Source: Longimicrobiales bacterium
GTDB lineage: Bacteria > Gemmatimonadota > Gemmatimonadetes > Longimicrobiales > Gaopeijiaceae
DNA length: 64,000 nucleotides
Direction of reading: 5' to 3'
Assembly: GCA_965203485.1 (NCBI GenBank)
Contig: OZ241892.1
Location: 3,104,001-3,168,000, forward strand
The notes under the pieces: generated by a model
Databases searched by the model: none
Seen by the model: only the letters and a program-made list of their open reading frames with translations
Told to the model about the DNA's origin: nothing
Made by a program: the position numbers and the translations under genes
Shown: positions 37,163-47,763 of the stretch, one piece after another
Numbering within the stretch: the first letter of the stretch is position 1
How the letters are laid out: every line of letters starts with the position of its first letter

Positions 37163-40100
37163 CTACCCCCCTCGCTTCCAGGTAGCCGACAGCTTGATGC
37201 GCCGCCCCCGGGAGCTGTGCGTGAAGGCGTCGTAGGACTGCTCCCAGGCCACGAAGGGCGGGTCGGCGTCGAGGACGTTGGTCACCGACAACGCGACGTC
37301 GAACCCTTGAGTGGCGCGGCGCAGCACGCTCATGTCCCAGGTGATCCACCCGTCGATCGTCTCGTACCGCGTTCCCACGAACGCGTCGTTGGTGTAGGAC
37401 GAAACCGTGTTGAAGTGGTTGACCCAGCTGTAGTCGCCCCGATGCGCACCCGCTGAGAATCGCAGCTTCCAACGCGGAAGAGGCGGGGCCGTCGGGCTTC
37501 CCCAGTTGAGCTTCCCGACGCCGTCCTGTTCGGGATACGCGTCCACAGACACTCGCGAAAGCTCTCCTTCGCCACTGAGGGACAGCGTCTTGATGTCGTA
37601 GGTCTGCGTGTAGGTGCCGTCCATGCCGAGCGACACGACCCCTTCTCCCGCAGGCAGGCGCGCGCTCGCATGCCAGTCGAAACCCGACGTCGACACGCCC
37701 GGCCAGTTGATCAAGTCGACCCGGATGCGCTCGAGGTTGCTGGCGTCGCAAGAACCGTCGTGCCTAGCGCCGGGACAGGTAACCAAGTGTTGCACGATCC
37801 TGCGAGTGGTTAGGTCTCCCGCATAGAGACGCGCGATGCTCGCATACGGCGTGATGTCGATCATGTCTTTGAAGTCGTAGCTCCAGTAGTCGACCGACGC
37901 CCGAACGCGCGACAGCTGCAAGCTGAGTCCGGCGTTGTAGGTGAACGCCTGCTCAGGACGCAGGTGGGGGTTGCCGTAGGTATCGGTGGCCTTGTACGTG
38001 CCCACTTCGGAGACATAGGCCGACGCCGTATTCTGCTGATCGTTCAGGTCGTCCACCGACGGTGTGCGGAACGTCGTTTGAACGGACACGCGGAGAGCCA
38101 GCGGGTCCGCGATCTGAAAGCGCATCGCCAATCTGGGGTCGAAGCTGCTGGCCGTGCTGTGGAACTCGTAGTTGGCCGCGGCTTGTGCGCTGAAGCGTTC
38201 GCCGAAGGTCATCGGCACCTCGGCGAAGAACCTGTGCACCGTCTGCGTCCCGTCGTAAGGATAATAGCCGTTAGTGAACGTGAACGCGCCCGCTTTCTCA
38301 ATGCAACTCTTGTCTCCGAGCACGGGACACGGATTCACGTTGAGGTCTCCGGCCCTGTTGGGCGTGCCCGCGACAGCGACGCGGCGGAACTGGTAGCCGG
38401 CGGCGAAGTTAGCTCTGTCCTCCACCAGCGTGCCCTTGAGCAAGGCGTCGCCGACGAGCAAGGTGGCCGTGCCCTTGAGGTCGACTTCCTCGTTGATCCA
38501 GTTGATGAGCTCCGGCGAATTCGCAAGGCTCGCCACATAGTCCGGGTTCGACTGCGTCTCGTAGGTAGCGCCGGGTTGCTGCGAATACTCGTGGGCGTTG
38601 CTGAAGGGATTGTAGTACATGCAAGAGCCCTGTCCCGGCACAGAGCCGCCGACCGGGCCCAGCGCCATGCCCGAAGGACTCGACGAGTCGACCACGACGT
38701 CCACTCCGCAGTCGGGTCCGCCGAAGCCCCGGAAAGCCAGGAACTTGCGATGCGCGTACTCGGCCGGCAGGCTGACGTTGCCCGCGGCGCGAGAGAAGCT
38801 GGCCGCCACTTCCAGAGTGAGATCCTCGTCCGCGAGAGTGCCGACGGGCTTCTCGGCCGAGGCCGCCAAGCGCCACGTGTTGGAAGCCCGCTGCAAGAAC
38901 CGCCCCGGGCCGCTGTTCCCGACTAGGCGGCCATAGAAGTACCAGTCGTCCTCCAGGCAATCGGCCTCGGACCCGAATCCGGCCTGCGAGCCGTACCTTC
39001 CGCAAAAGTCGCGCCTGCCTGGATGGTTCGGTGCGACCACTTGCGTGCCGTCGTAGATCGAAATGGGCGGATAGGACGGAGTCGTGAACCAGTTCGGCAT
39101 CCCCGCATGCGCGAGCATCCCCTCGACGTGATAGCTGCCTTCGTCGTCCGCCCACGTGCCGTTGAGTTCTCCGAAGGCCCGCACATGCCTCGATTCCTGC
39201 TGCAGGTCGTCCCAAGGCTGGTAGCGGAAACGACAAGTCGCGGGTTCGATGTGACCGCCGAATTGTCGGCACAGCGGGTCCACGAAGACGGGTGCGGCGG
39301 CGAGCGCTTCGACGAACTCGGTCTTGTCTTCGTCGCCGCTCAACTCCGGGAAGAGGAATGCGCCCGGGTTGCCCGTGTAGGACCAGGAGCCCGCGCCCGC
39401 GATGAACGTATCGGCCAGCGCCCAGTCGCGATCCCTGACGTGGAGGGCCTGGTTGAGCGTCACTTCCGCCGAGAGCACGGCGTGTGCCGTCTCCCCCACG
39501 CGCCGACCCCAGATGCCGCCCACGTTCGTATTGCCGGAAGCCGCGTAGTATTCGTGCGCCGCCGTCAATTCCACGCCCTCGAAGTCTTTGCGCGTCAGGA
39601 AATTGACCACGCCCGCCACCGCGTCGGATCCATACACGGCGGACGCGCCCTCCTTGAGCACTTCAATCTTCTCGATCGCCACGGAAGGGAACGAGTTCAC
39701 GTCCACGAAACGGCCCCCGTAGATGCGCACCGGGACATACGTTTGGCGCTTGCCGTTGAGCAGCACGAGGGTCCTGGAAGCCCCGAGGCCCCGCAGATTG
39801 ACGCTCGCCACGGTCTCGGGGACCGTCCCCGCCTGCTTGGTGTTGTACCAGCCCTGGCGTTCGCCCAGCGAGCCGTGGCTCGCGCCCAGGTTCTTGAAGA
39901 AGTCGGTCGCCTGCGGCGATCCCTGCTCTGCCAGCGTCCGCCGTCCCGACACGGCGACGGAGTATGGCAAAGTCGTCGGAGACTCCTGAAACGCCGTGCC
40001 CGTGACCACGACGGCTTCCAGTTGCAGGCCCGTGGAGTGCAGCTTGAAGTCCACCGAAGCCGTCCCGCCTTCGGCGATCGTCACCGTTTGCGTGACGCCG

Positions 40101-40417
40101 GCGTAGCCAAGCAGGTTGGCGCCTATTTCGTGAGTCCCGGCCGCCACGACGGGCATTGCGAACCGTCCGCCCGCCCGCGACGCAACGCTGATGTTGAGCG
40201 CCGCGATGTGGATCTGGACGGCTTCGAGCGGCGCTCCGGTCTCGGCGTCGGTGACGGTGCCTACCACGCTGCCCGTCTGAGCGGCAGCCGGCGCCGCAAG
40301 GGCGCCGTGGGCGGCGATGACGACGAGGCAGCCAAATGCCGGGCGAGCCACCTGTACGACGCACGACGCAAGGACGCTACGGGTGGCGGCAAAGAGAAGA
40401 GAGCCTGCGTTGCGCAT
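37163..40417 (-). CDS. TonB-dependent receptor
   Basis: Signal peptide, carboxypeptidase-like N-domain, VVVTG TonB box, NLRGLGASRTLVLLNGKR, IEVLKEGASAVYGSDAVAGVVN, NVLD near the C-terminus. Confidence 0.95.
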   Translation of the reverse strand: MRNAGSLLFAATRSVLASCVVQVARPAFGCLVVIAAHGALAAPAAAQTGSVVGTVTDAETGAPLEAVQIHIAALNISVASRAGGRFAMPVVAAGTHEIGANLLGYAGVTQTVTIAEGGTASVDFKLHSTGLQLEAVVVTGTAFQESPTTLPYSVAVSGRRTLAEQGSPQATDFFKNLGASHGSLGERQGWYNTKQAGTVPETVASVNLRGLGASRTLVLLNGKRQTYVPVRIYGGRFVDVNSFPSVAIEKIEVLKEGASAVYGSDAVAGVVNFLTRKDFEGVELTAAHEYYAASGNTNVGGIWGRRVGETAHAVLSAEVTLNQALHVRDRDWALADTFIAGAGSWSYTGNPGAFLFPELSGDEDKTEFVEALAAAPVFVDPLCRQFGGHIEPATCRFRYQPWDDLQQESRHVRAFGELNGTWADDEGSYHVEGMLAHAGMPNWFTTPSYPPISIYDGTQVVAPNHPGRRDFCGRYGSQAGFGSEADCLEDDWYFYGRLVGNSGPGRFLQRASNTWRLAASAEKPVGTLADEDLTLEVAASFSRAAGNVSLPAEYAHRKFLAFRGFGGPDCGVDVVVDSSSPSGMALGPVGGSVPGQGSCMYYNPFSNAHEYSQQPGATYETQSNPDYVASLANSPELINWINEEVDLKGTATLLVGDALLKGTLVEDRANFAAGYQFRRVAVAGTPNRAGDLNVNPCPVLGDKSCIEKAGAFTFTNGYYPYDGTQTVHRFFAEVPMTFGERFSAQAAANYEFHSTASSFDPRLAMRFQIADPLALRVSVQTTFRTPSVDDLNDQQNTASAYVSEVGTYKATDTYGNPHLRPEQAFTYNAGLSLQLSRVRASVDYWSYDFKDMIDITPYASIARLYAGDLTTRRIVQHLVTCPGARHDGSCDASNLERIRVDLINWPGVSTSGFDWHASARLPAGEGVVSLGMDGTYTQTYDIKTLSLSGEGELSRVSVDAYPEQDGVGKLNWGSPTAPPLPRWKLRFSAGAHRGDYSWVNHFNTVSSYTNDAFVGTRYETIDGWITWDMSVLRRATQGFDVALSVTNVLDADPPFVAWEQSYDAFTHSSRGRRIKLSATWKRGG

Positions 40418-40579
40418 GTGGAACTCCGAAGTTCGGGGGCGGGCAACCTGCACGGCATAACAATAGCCGCATCGGCGAACGAAGCAAGTAGGAGTTCTGA
40501 CGGCGGCCGGGCTCGGCCGATCCCTTGGAAGGCCCGGCGCACTGCGGAACCGGGCGATGGCGCCACGGCCGGCCGAACG

Positions 40580-41233
40580 TCACAACGGCCAACGGCGGGC
40601 GGCCGCTGTGGCCGCAACGATCGCCACCGCGACGGACAGCCCGGCCGTCCAAGCACGCGAGGACACGCCGAGCACGCGCACGGCCAGGAGACCGAACAGA
40701 GACAGGCCTGCCACGAGCGCCAACTGGGCGGCTTCCAGTCCGAGGTTGAACGACAGAAGCGGAACGAACAAGTTGCGCTCTGCGCCGAGCGCCGCCCGCA
40801 GGAAATTGGAGAACCCGAGCCCGTGGACTGCCCCGAACAAGACGGTAGTCGCATAGCGCAGACGTCGAGGGGCGACGCCCGGACGGGCGCGACGCGGAAC
40901 GGCCCGCGTCCGGCTTCGGGGCGACGGTTCAGCGCCGCCGCCGGGCCCGGAATCCAGGGGGGCCTTGCGCTCCATGAGGTTGAGCGCCGCCGCCGCGACG
41001 ACGGTCGCCAGGACCAAGAACTCCACCCAGTCGCCCGGGACCCGCACCAGCTGCAGCGTGGCCAGCGCGAGCGACGCGGAATGGCCCGCCGTGAATGCGG
41101 TAACCAGAACCAGCAACTCGCGCCACCGGCCGTATCCGCAAGCCGCGCAAAGGACCGCGAGAAAGAGCAAGTGGTCGTAGGCGCGGAAGTCCAGGAGGTG
41201 GCCGAACCCGAAGCCGAAGTAGGTTGCGAACAC
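40580..41233 (-). CDS. HupE/UreJ-family membrane protein
   Basis: G..H.....YDHLLFL, TAFTAGHS, FGAVHGLGF and FNLGLE motifs. Confidence 0.9.
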   Translation of the reverse strand: MFATYFGFGFGHLLDFRAYDHLLFLAVLCAACGYGRWRELLVLVTAFTAGHSASLALATLQLVRVPGDWVEFLVLATVVAAAALNLMERKAPLDSGPGGGAEPSPRSRTRAVPRRARPGVAPRRLRYATTVLFGAVHGLGFSNFLRAALGAERNLFVPLLSFNLGLEAAQLALVAGLSLFGLLAVRVLGVSSRAWTAGLSVAVAIVAATAAARRWPL

Positions 41234-41262
41234 TCTGTGGTTTGCCCGGGCCGACGGGAGCT

Positions 41263-42567
41263 TCAGGCGCCGGCGGATTCGACGGACGCTCGCCGCTTCC
41301 TCCACGCCCTCGCCGCGGCGACCCACGCGGCGACCCACGCGAGCCACGAAACCCGCTCTGCGGGAGCCAGCATCCTGAAGTGCTCCCACAGAAGCCATGG
41401 AAGCGTCGCCGCGATTCGCAGCGGCTCCCCGTCGTGATAGGGCATTCGCCGCTCGACCACCGACGCGGCGCGGCGGCGGTCCCGGTGCAGCGCCGCCTCG
41501 ATCGCCGCGCCCAGGCCGGCCGGGGTCATGTCCCGCCAGCCCGGCATCCTCATCACGCTCCACGCCGCAGCCGTGCGGCCCCAGCCGTGCACGTTGGCGC
41601 CCGCGACCACGGCCAGGTCAAGCGAATCGGCCAGCGCCAGGATCTCTTCGCGCTCCGCTCTCGCCTGCTCGAGCCCGCGCGGAGCGCCGTCGCTCAACTC
41701 GACCCCTACGACGCCCGCCGGCTGCTGGGGCCCGAACGCGACAATCCGGTCGATGGGCCCGGGGATCGTATGAAGCATCGTGGGCGGGCGGCCGTTGCGC
41801 CCGTAGGCGGCCGCGAGCGAGTCCTCGTCGAGGTGGTGTTCGGAGTCGTCGAGTGCGAAGGCGTAGCGCGACCGGGAGCCGAGCACGTTCGTGTGGTGGT
41901 TGCGCAACCTCAGTTCGGCGCCTGAGAGGAGGACGGTTCGGTCGCCCGCGCGGGCCGGGTTGGCCGGCGACGCGTCGTCCACGCCGTCCCACGTGTAGTG
42001 GTCGGTTACGTAGGCGGCATCGAATCCGGCGCTTTCGTGCCATTCGCGATTCCGGGCGGCGGTGAAGGCGCCCAGGACGCGCCGGCCGTCGTGGGACCGG
42101 TGCGTGTGGGAGTGGAAGTCCACGGCGAGCAACTGGGGGTCGCCGAGATCGATGCCCGTCATCGGGCGTGGCGCCAGCGCCCCGCCGACGTAGAAGGCAA
42201 CCAGCAGAAGAAGCGCCGCCGCGGCCCGCGCGGTCTCCATCGCGATCGCCTGAACACGATGCCGCGCCCCCCCCTTCGAGCGCCGTCGCGCGAGCAAGCG
42301 CCGCAACAAGTACCAAACCGCGAGGGTGGTCACCACCGCCAAGTGCTGGCTGCCCGCCAACACCGACAAGCTGTCCCAAAGCCCGAAGAGCGGCGCCCCG
42401 GCCAAGTACGCCAGCCCGGTCGTCCGCTCGAAGGGCACGGCTTCGCGCGTGGCCGCGTCCCACAGCGCCGGTTGCGGGGCGAAGGCGCTCCCAACGACCG
42501 CCGTCACGACCGCGGCCGGCCAGCGCAAAGCCCAGACTCGGCGCAAGAGCGTATCGCCCGGGGTCAC
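41263..42567 (-). CDS. Membrane-anchored PHP-domain metallophosphoesterase
   Basis: DFHSHT..SHDG, TDH and GAE motifs; N-terminal transmembrane segments. Confidence 0.82.
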   Translation of the reverse strand: MTPGDTLLRRVWALRWPAAVVTAVVGSAFAPQPALWDAATREAVPFERTTGLAYLAGAPLFGLWDSLSVLAGSQHLAVVTTLAVWYLLRRLLARRRSKGGARHRVQAIAMETARAAAALLLLVAFYVGGALAPRPMTGIDLGDPQLLAVDFHSHTHRSHDGRRVLGAFTAARNREWHESAGFDAAYVTDHYTWDGVDDASPANPARAGDRTVLLSGAELRLRNHHTNVLGSRSRYAFALDDSEHHLDEDSLAAAYGRNGRPPTMLHTIPGPIDRIVAFGPQQPAGVVGVELSDGAPRGLEQARAEREEILALADSLDLAVVAGANVHGWGRTAAAWSVMRMPGWRDMTPAGLGAAIEAALHRDRRRAASVVERRMPYHDGEPLRIAATLPWLLWEHFRMLAPAERVSWLAWVAAWVAAARAWRKRRASVESAGA

Positions 42568-42862
42568 TCGAAGCCCCTCCCTGTCGTTGCCCGACGCCCC
42601 AATCGACGCCGCAGTCTTCGCCGCGCCGAACCCACCTCGCCGCCATCAAATCATAGCACGCCCGCGTCCAGTGCGCACGGCGGCGGCGCCATCCCCGGAC
42701 CCGGCCCGGCTTCGGACCCGGCGGCGCGCGCTCCGCAGCAGCGCTCCCCTTGGCAACGGCGCCCGCGCGGCCATAAGATGAGACGACCGACCCTGGATAC
42801 CTTCGCATCCCACCCGCCCGTGCTCTGCCGGCACGGAGTCCCACGAACTCGGAGAAGCCGTC

Positions 42863-44863
42863 GTGAAGCCAAGAGGCACCCCTTCGACGCCCCGTCGCAT
42901 CCCTTCGAGTGCGGCGGCCGTCTCCTGCGCCCTTGCGGCGGCGCTCGTTTCGGCGCCGTTGCTTCCGCCCGCTCCCGTGGTCGCACAGGACGGGGAGTGG
43001 CGCTATTGGGGCGCCGACGCGGCGAGCACTCGCTACTCTCCCCTGGACCAGATCGACGCATCCAACTTCGAGAGCCTGGAAGTGGCCTGGACTTGGCGGG
43101 GCGACAACTTCGGCCCGCAAGCGGATCCCCTGTTGCGGGCAACCCCCATCTACGTGGACGGGCGGCTGTATTCGGTTGCCGGCTCGCGCCGCACCGCCGT
43201 GGCCATCGATCCCGCCACGGGCGAGACTCTCTGGACCTTTCGCGAGCCGCCCACCAAGCGGTGGATGGACTCCATGCGGAAGAACTACGGGAAGGGCGTC
43301 GCCTACGCCGAAGTGGAGGGCGAAGGAATGATCTACTTGGTCACCCCGGCCTTCTTCCTGCACGCGCTGGACCCCGACACGGGCTACCCGGTCGAGTCCT
43401 TCGGCAAAGGCGGCGTAGTCGACATGCTGGGCGACCTGGGTCCATGGGAGCACGACCGGGACGCGGGCCTGCCGCCCGACGTAGGCTACATCACCAACTC
43501 CTCGCCGCCCATTGTCGTCAACGGGGCCGTCGTGGTCGGCAACTCCCACGAACAGGGCTACTACCAGACGCGCAAGGAGAACGTTCCCGGCAACATCTTG
43601 GCCTACGACGCGGCGACAGGAAAGCATCTCTGGACCTTCAACGTCATTCCTCAAGAAGGCGAGTTCGGCAACGATACCTGGGAGAACGACGCTTGGTCGT
43701 GGACCGGCAACGTGTCGGCCTGGGCGCCGCTGTCCGCGGATCCCGATCTAGGCCTAGTCTACGTCGTCACCGACCCGCCCACGATAGACTACTACGGCGG
43801 CTTCCACCCCGGAGACAACCTGTTCGCCACTTCCATCCTGGCAATCGACGTGGCCACCGGCGAAAGGCGCTGGCATTTTCAGACTGTCCACCACGACGTG
43901 TGGAACTACGACAACCCCACGGCTCCCAACTTGGTCGACATCGCCGTGGACGGACGCGAAATCCCCGCCTTGGTGCAAACCACCAAGCAGGGCTGGGCCT
44001 ATGTGCTCGACCGGGCCACGGGCGAGCCGGTATGGCCCATCGAGGAGCGTCCCGTGCCGCAGTCCGACGTGCCCGGCGAGAAGCTGTCGCCCACGCAGCC
44101 CTTCGTCACGCGTCCCGCGCCGTTCGATATGCAGGGACTGACCGAGGACGACCTCGTCGACTTCACGCCCGAGCTGCGCGCCATGGCGCTGGACATCGCC
44201 AAGAACTATCGGCTGGGCCCGCTGTTCAATCCGCCGTCGCGGGAAGACGCGCCCGACGGCACTCAAGCCGCGATTCATTGTCCGGGCGCCAACGGCGGCG
44301 CGAACATACCAGGAGGCGCGGTCGTCGATCCGGAGACGGGCATCCTCTACGTGGCGTCCACCCGGGGTTGCAGCGCGCCGAGGCTCGTGCCGGGAGTGGA
44401 GGAGGATCCGGACTCGAACGTGGACTGGGTGTCCAACGGACCCGGCGGCGTCCGCGGCCCCGACGGATTGCCGATCTTCAAGCCGCCCTACGGAAGCATC
44501 ACGGCAATCGACCTGAACACTGGCGACCACCTGTGGCGCATCCCCAACGGAACCACGCCGGAGGCGATACGCGATCATCCCCGGTTGCAGGGCGTGGACA
44601 TAGGCAACACCGGAGCGCGTTCTCACGCCACCAAGCTGGTGACCAAGACGCTGCTCATGTACGGCGAGGGCCGGGGCGCCGCGCCCGTCTTCCGGGCCGT
44701 CGACAAGGCGACCGGAAGGGAATTGGGCGCTGTGGATCTGCCTGCGCCGACTCTGACCGCGCCCATGACGTACATGCACCAAGGAGTTCAGTACGTTGTG
44801 ATGGCCGTAGGCGGGCGCGGATTGGCGGGCTCGCTGGTGGCGCTGCGCCTGCCGGAGGAATAG
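42863..44863 (+). CDS. PQQ-dependent dehydrogenase (glucose/quinate-type)
   Basis: TRYSPLDQI, repeated AxDxxTG...W propeller motifs, WHFQTVHHDVWNYD. Confidence 0.93.
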   Translation: MKPRGTPSTPRRIPSSAAAVSCALAAALVSAPLLPPAPVVAQDGEWRYWGADAASTRYSPLDQIDASNFESLEVAWTWRGDNFGPQADPLLRATPIYVDGRLYSVAGSRRTAVAIDPATGETLWTFREPPTKRWMDSMRKNYGKGVAYAEVEGEGMIYLVTPAFFLHALDPDTGYPVESFGKGGVVDMLGDLGPWEHDRDAGLPPDVGYITNSSPPIVVNGAVVVGNSHEQGYYQTRKENVPGNILAYDAATGKHLWTFNVIPQEGEFGNDTWENDAWSWTGNVSAWAPLSADPDLGLVYVVTDPPTIDYYGGFHPGDNLFATSILAIDVATGERRWHFQTVHHDVWNYDNPTAPNLVDIAVDGREIPALVQTTKQGWAYVLDRATGEPVWPIEERPVPQSDVPGEKLSPTQPFVTRPAPFDMQGLTEDDLVDFTPELRAMALDIAKNYRLGPLFNPPSREDAPDGTQAAIHCPGANGGANIPGGAVVDPETGILYVASTRGCSAPRLVPGVEEDPDSNVDWVSNGPGGVRGPDGLPIFKPPYGSITAIDLNTGDHLWRIPNGTTPEAIRDHPRLQGVDIGNTGARSHATKLVTKTLLMYGEGRGAAPVFRAVDKATGRELGAVDLPAPTLTAPMTYMHQGVQYVVMAVGGRGLAGSLVALRLPEE

Positions 44864-44872
44864 GAGCCTTCA

Positions 44873-45721
44873 ATGCGGCGATCCTGCGCTCGGAAGCCGT
44901 CCTTGGCTTGGGCCATCGCCTTGCTCGCGGCCGGGTGCCAGGCCGGCCAGAACGAGGTCCCTGGTGTGCTGGCGGCCTTCGACGGGGGCGGCGGCCGCTG
45001 GGTGGACCTCTCGCATTCCTTCGGGCCGTCCACGATCTACTGGCCCACCGACACCTTGGGCTTCCAGCACCGAGAGCTGGCGTACGGCACGACCGAGGCG
45101 GGGTGGTTCTATTCGGCCTATGCGTTTGCGTCCGCCGAGCACGGTGGCACCCACCTCGACGCGCCCAGCCATTTCGCCGAGGGAGGACTGACGGCCGACC
45201 AGGTTCCGCTGTCGAGCCTTATTGCGCCCGCATCCGTCGTGGACGTCTCTTCCAAGACGACGCCCGATTATCAGCTGTCCGCGGCCGACCTGGAGGCGTG
45301 GGAGGCCGAGCACGGGCGCATCGCCGACGGGTCCATTCTGCTCGTGCGCACCGGCTGGTCGGAGAAGTGGGGCGACCGGACGGCCTACCTGGGAACGTCG
45401 CTGGCCGGGCCCGCCGCCGTCGCCGATCTCCACTTCCCCGGAATCGGCGCGGACGCGGCCCAATGGCTCGTCGACAACCGGGCGTTGGCCGCAGTGGGCA
45501 TCGACACGCCCAGCATCGACTACGGCCAGTCGGAGGACTTCGAGGCGCACGTGATCTTGTACGCCGAGAACGTCCCCGGCTTCGAGAACGTCGCGAACCT
45601 GGGCGAGTTGCCGGCGACGGGCGCGGCTGTCGTGGCGTTGCCGATGAAGATCGAGGGCGGCAGCGGCGGGCCGCTCAGGATCGTGGCGTACGTACCCCAT
45701 GCGGCAAGCGCCGGTCACTGA
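44873..45721 (+). CDS. Cyclase family metal-dependent hydrolase (KynB-like), lipoprotein
   Basis: EHGGTHLDAPSH, GIDTPSID, EN and GGSGGPLR motifs; lipobox AAG|C. Confidence 0.92.
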   Translation: MRRSCARKPSLAWAIALLAAGCQAGQNEVPGVLAAFDGGGGRWVDLSHSFGPSTIYWPTDTLGFQHRELAYGTTEAGWFYSAYAFASAEHGGTHLDAPSHFAEGGLTADQVPLSSLIAPASVVDVSSKTTPDYQLSAADLEAWEAEHGRIADGSILLVRTGWSEKWGDRTAYLGTSLAGPAAVADLHFPGIGADAAQWLVDNRALAAVGIDTPSIDYGQSEDFEAHVILYAENVPGFENVANLGELPATGAAVVALPMKIEGGSGGPLRIVAYVPHAASAGH

Positions 45722-45776
45722 TGGATCCGCGCGCCGTGGGCGCCGGGAAGCGTCTCGTTCCAGCGGACGAAGCGAC

Positions 45777-46526
45777 ATGACGGCGGGGCCGGCGCCGCTT
45801 GGCGGCCGGATCGGCAAGTCCTACTACGACGAGACGGAGTACTTCGAGGGCGCCGAGCATCTGCGCGACTTCAACAGCCGCTTTCAACGCTATCGCACTC
45901 GCAAGTTGCTGGAGATCCACCGGCCCCGGCCGACCGACGAAGTGCTGGACATGGGTTGTGGTTGGGGGACGATCAGCTATGCGATGGCGCCTGTCGCGCG
46001 GCGGGTCGTCGGCGTGGACTTCTCGCGCCGCGCCGTAGAGGAATGCGAAGCCCGTCTGGCGCGGTCGGGCCTTGATAATCTGGAATTTCGGGTCGGCGAC
46101 GCTCGCGACACGGGATTTCCCGCCGGCAGCTTCGACCTCGTCGTGGCCGCCGATCTCTTCGAGCACTTGTATCCGGACGACTCGGAGGCGGTCGTTGTCG
46201 AGGCGTTTCGCGTCCTGAGGGCGGGCGGGCGTTTCGCGGTCTGGACGCCGTGCCGGAGCCATGTGCTCGAGGTACTGAAGAACAACGACGTCCTGTTAAA
46301 GCGCGATCCCAGCCACGTCGACTACAAGTCCATGCGTCGCATGCGGGAGCTGTTGCAGGATGCGGGCTTCGAGGTCGAGCGCGCCTACTTCGCCGAGTCC
46401 CACCTGCCGGGACTGCAGCTCGTCGAGAGGCTCGGACAGCGGTTCGTGCCGCTCTTGAGACGCCGGATTGCAGTGTTGGGACGGAAGCAGGGCCGCACTT
46501 CCTCGACAGCCGCCGGCAACGCTTGA
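45777..46526 (+). CDS. Class I SAM-dependent methyltransferase
   Basis: VLDMGCGWG, GVDFS, SFDLV and LRAGG motifs. Confidence 0.92.
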   Translation: MTAGPAPLGGRIGKSYYDETEYFEGAEHLRDFNSRFQRYRTRKLLEIHRPRPTDEVLDMGCGWGTISYAMAPVARRVVGVDFSRRAVEECEARLARSGLDNLEFRVGDARDTGFPAGSFDLVVAADLFEHLYPDDSEAVVVEAFRVLRAGGRFAVWTPCRSHVLEVLKNNDVLLKRDPSHVDYKSMRRMRELLQDAGFEVERAYFAESHLPGLQLVERLGQRFVPLLRRRIAVLGRKQGRTSSTAAGNA

Positions 46527-46563
46527 GCGGAACGGCGGCCAGTCGGCCCGGAGGTCCAAGGAG

Positions 46564-47547
46564 ATGCGCTATCTGGAATACGACGCCGATCCCCCTACGC
46601 GGGCCGGTCTCGGCCATCTATTGTCGAACCTTCGCTGCCTGCTGACCGAGGCCCACCTCACCGGTAGGCGCGCGGTGCTGCCGAAGCTCCGCCTCGATCC
46701 GCGGCACAACTTCGGGATCGACCGCGACTGGCGCTGGGAGACGTACTTCGACTTCGGGAGCAGTACGCTGGCCGACGCGGACGGTTGCGAGCATCCGTTG
46801 CCGCTGGCGCACCCAGCGCCGGCATCTCTCCCCCCGCCGTCGGCGCTCGCCCAAGGCGATCCTTGGCCCGCCGTCGGGCGAGACTGCGCTCGAGTCGTTC
46901 GGCGCTTCTCGAGCGGATCGGCGCCGTTTCGCGTTCAGCTCCCGGGCGCCTCGCCCTCGCTGGCCGACTTGCGGCTTCGATCTTCCGTCCGGGTGGTTGC
47001 GCTGGCGGCAGAGGTCGCAAAGCGCCTTTCGGAGCGAGGATATGGCCGGTTCGCGGCGGTCCACGTGCGCAGGGGCGACCGCTTGGCTGAGCGCCAGTAT
47101 CCCTCTCGCTCGACTGGTCCGGCAGCCGTCGCCCGCAACTTGCGGCGCGAGGGCGTAGTCGGCGGCTCGGTGGTGTTTCTTGCGTCCGACGAGCGCCGCG
47201 CGGGCTTCTGGACTCCGTTGGCCGAACGCTTCCAGCTGGTGCGGTACGCCGACTTCCCGAGCTTGGCCGAACTGGTGTCGCCCGCCGACGGCGGCCTGCC
47301 GGACAACTACTTGCTCTATCAAGTGGAAAGAGAGGTGATGAAGGCGGCCGCCGTGTGGATCGAGACTCTGCCCGGTTTCGAGCCCGGCGCCACTGGATCG
47401 CTGATCAGCGAGGAGTTCTGGACTGCGACCGCCGAACGCCGCCAAGGCCGGGGAGGAACGCGGCGCCGTCTGCATGGATCGTGGGCGGCGTTGCGCGGCG
47501 CGCTTGGCACGCTTCTCGGACGCCGACGCCGCCGAACGCGCCGCTGA
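46564..47547 (+). CDS. Putative fucosyltransferase-like (O-FucT/GT-B) protein
   Basis: GLGH near the N-terminus, AVHVRRGD and VFLASDE motifs; AAGGAG RBS. Confidence 0.6.
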   Translation: MRYLEYDADPPTRAGLGHLLSNLRCLLTEAHLTGRRAVLPKLRLDPRHNFGIDRDWRWETYFDFGSSTLADADGCEHPLPLAHPAPASLPPPSALAQGDPWPAVGRDCARVVRRFSSGSAPFRVQLPGASPSLADLRLRSSVRVVALAAEVAKRLSERGYGRFAAVHVRRGDRLAERQYPSRSTGPAAVARNLRREGVVGGSVVFLASDERRAGFWTPLAERFQLVRYADFPSLAELVSPADGGLPDNYLLYQVEREVMKAAAVWIETLPGFEPGATGSLISEEFWTATAERRQGRGGTRRRLHGSWAALRGALGTLLGRRRRRTRR

Positions 47548-47763
47548 GCAGAGAGACGACGTCGCCCTCGGGCCGTCGAGCGAGAGTTCTCGAACGGTCC
47601 GTGTCGTGCTCCATCTGAACCGGCGTTGCGAGCCAGGGCCGTGCGGCCTCCGGGTCGTCAAACGCCCGTTTGCGACGTAGGTTGCGAGCACGACGCGAGG
47701 AACATGCCGGGGTCGGGACCAGGACGCGCGCAGAGGGGCAAGCCTGTGCCGGGAGAGAGCTTC

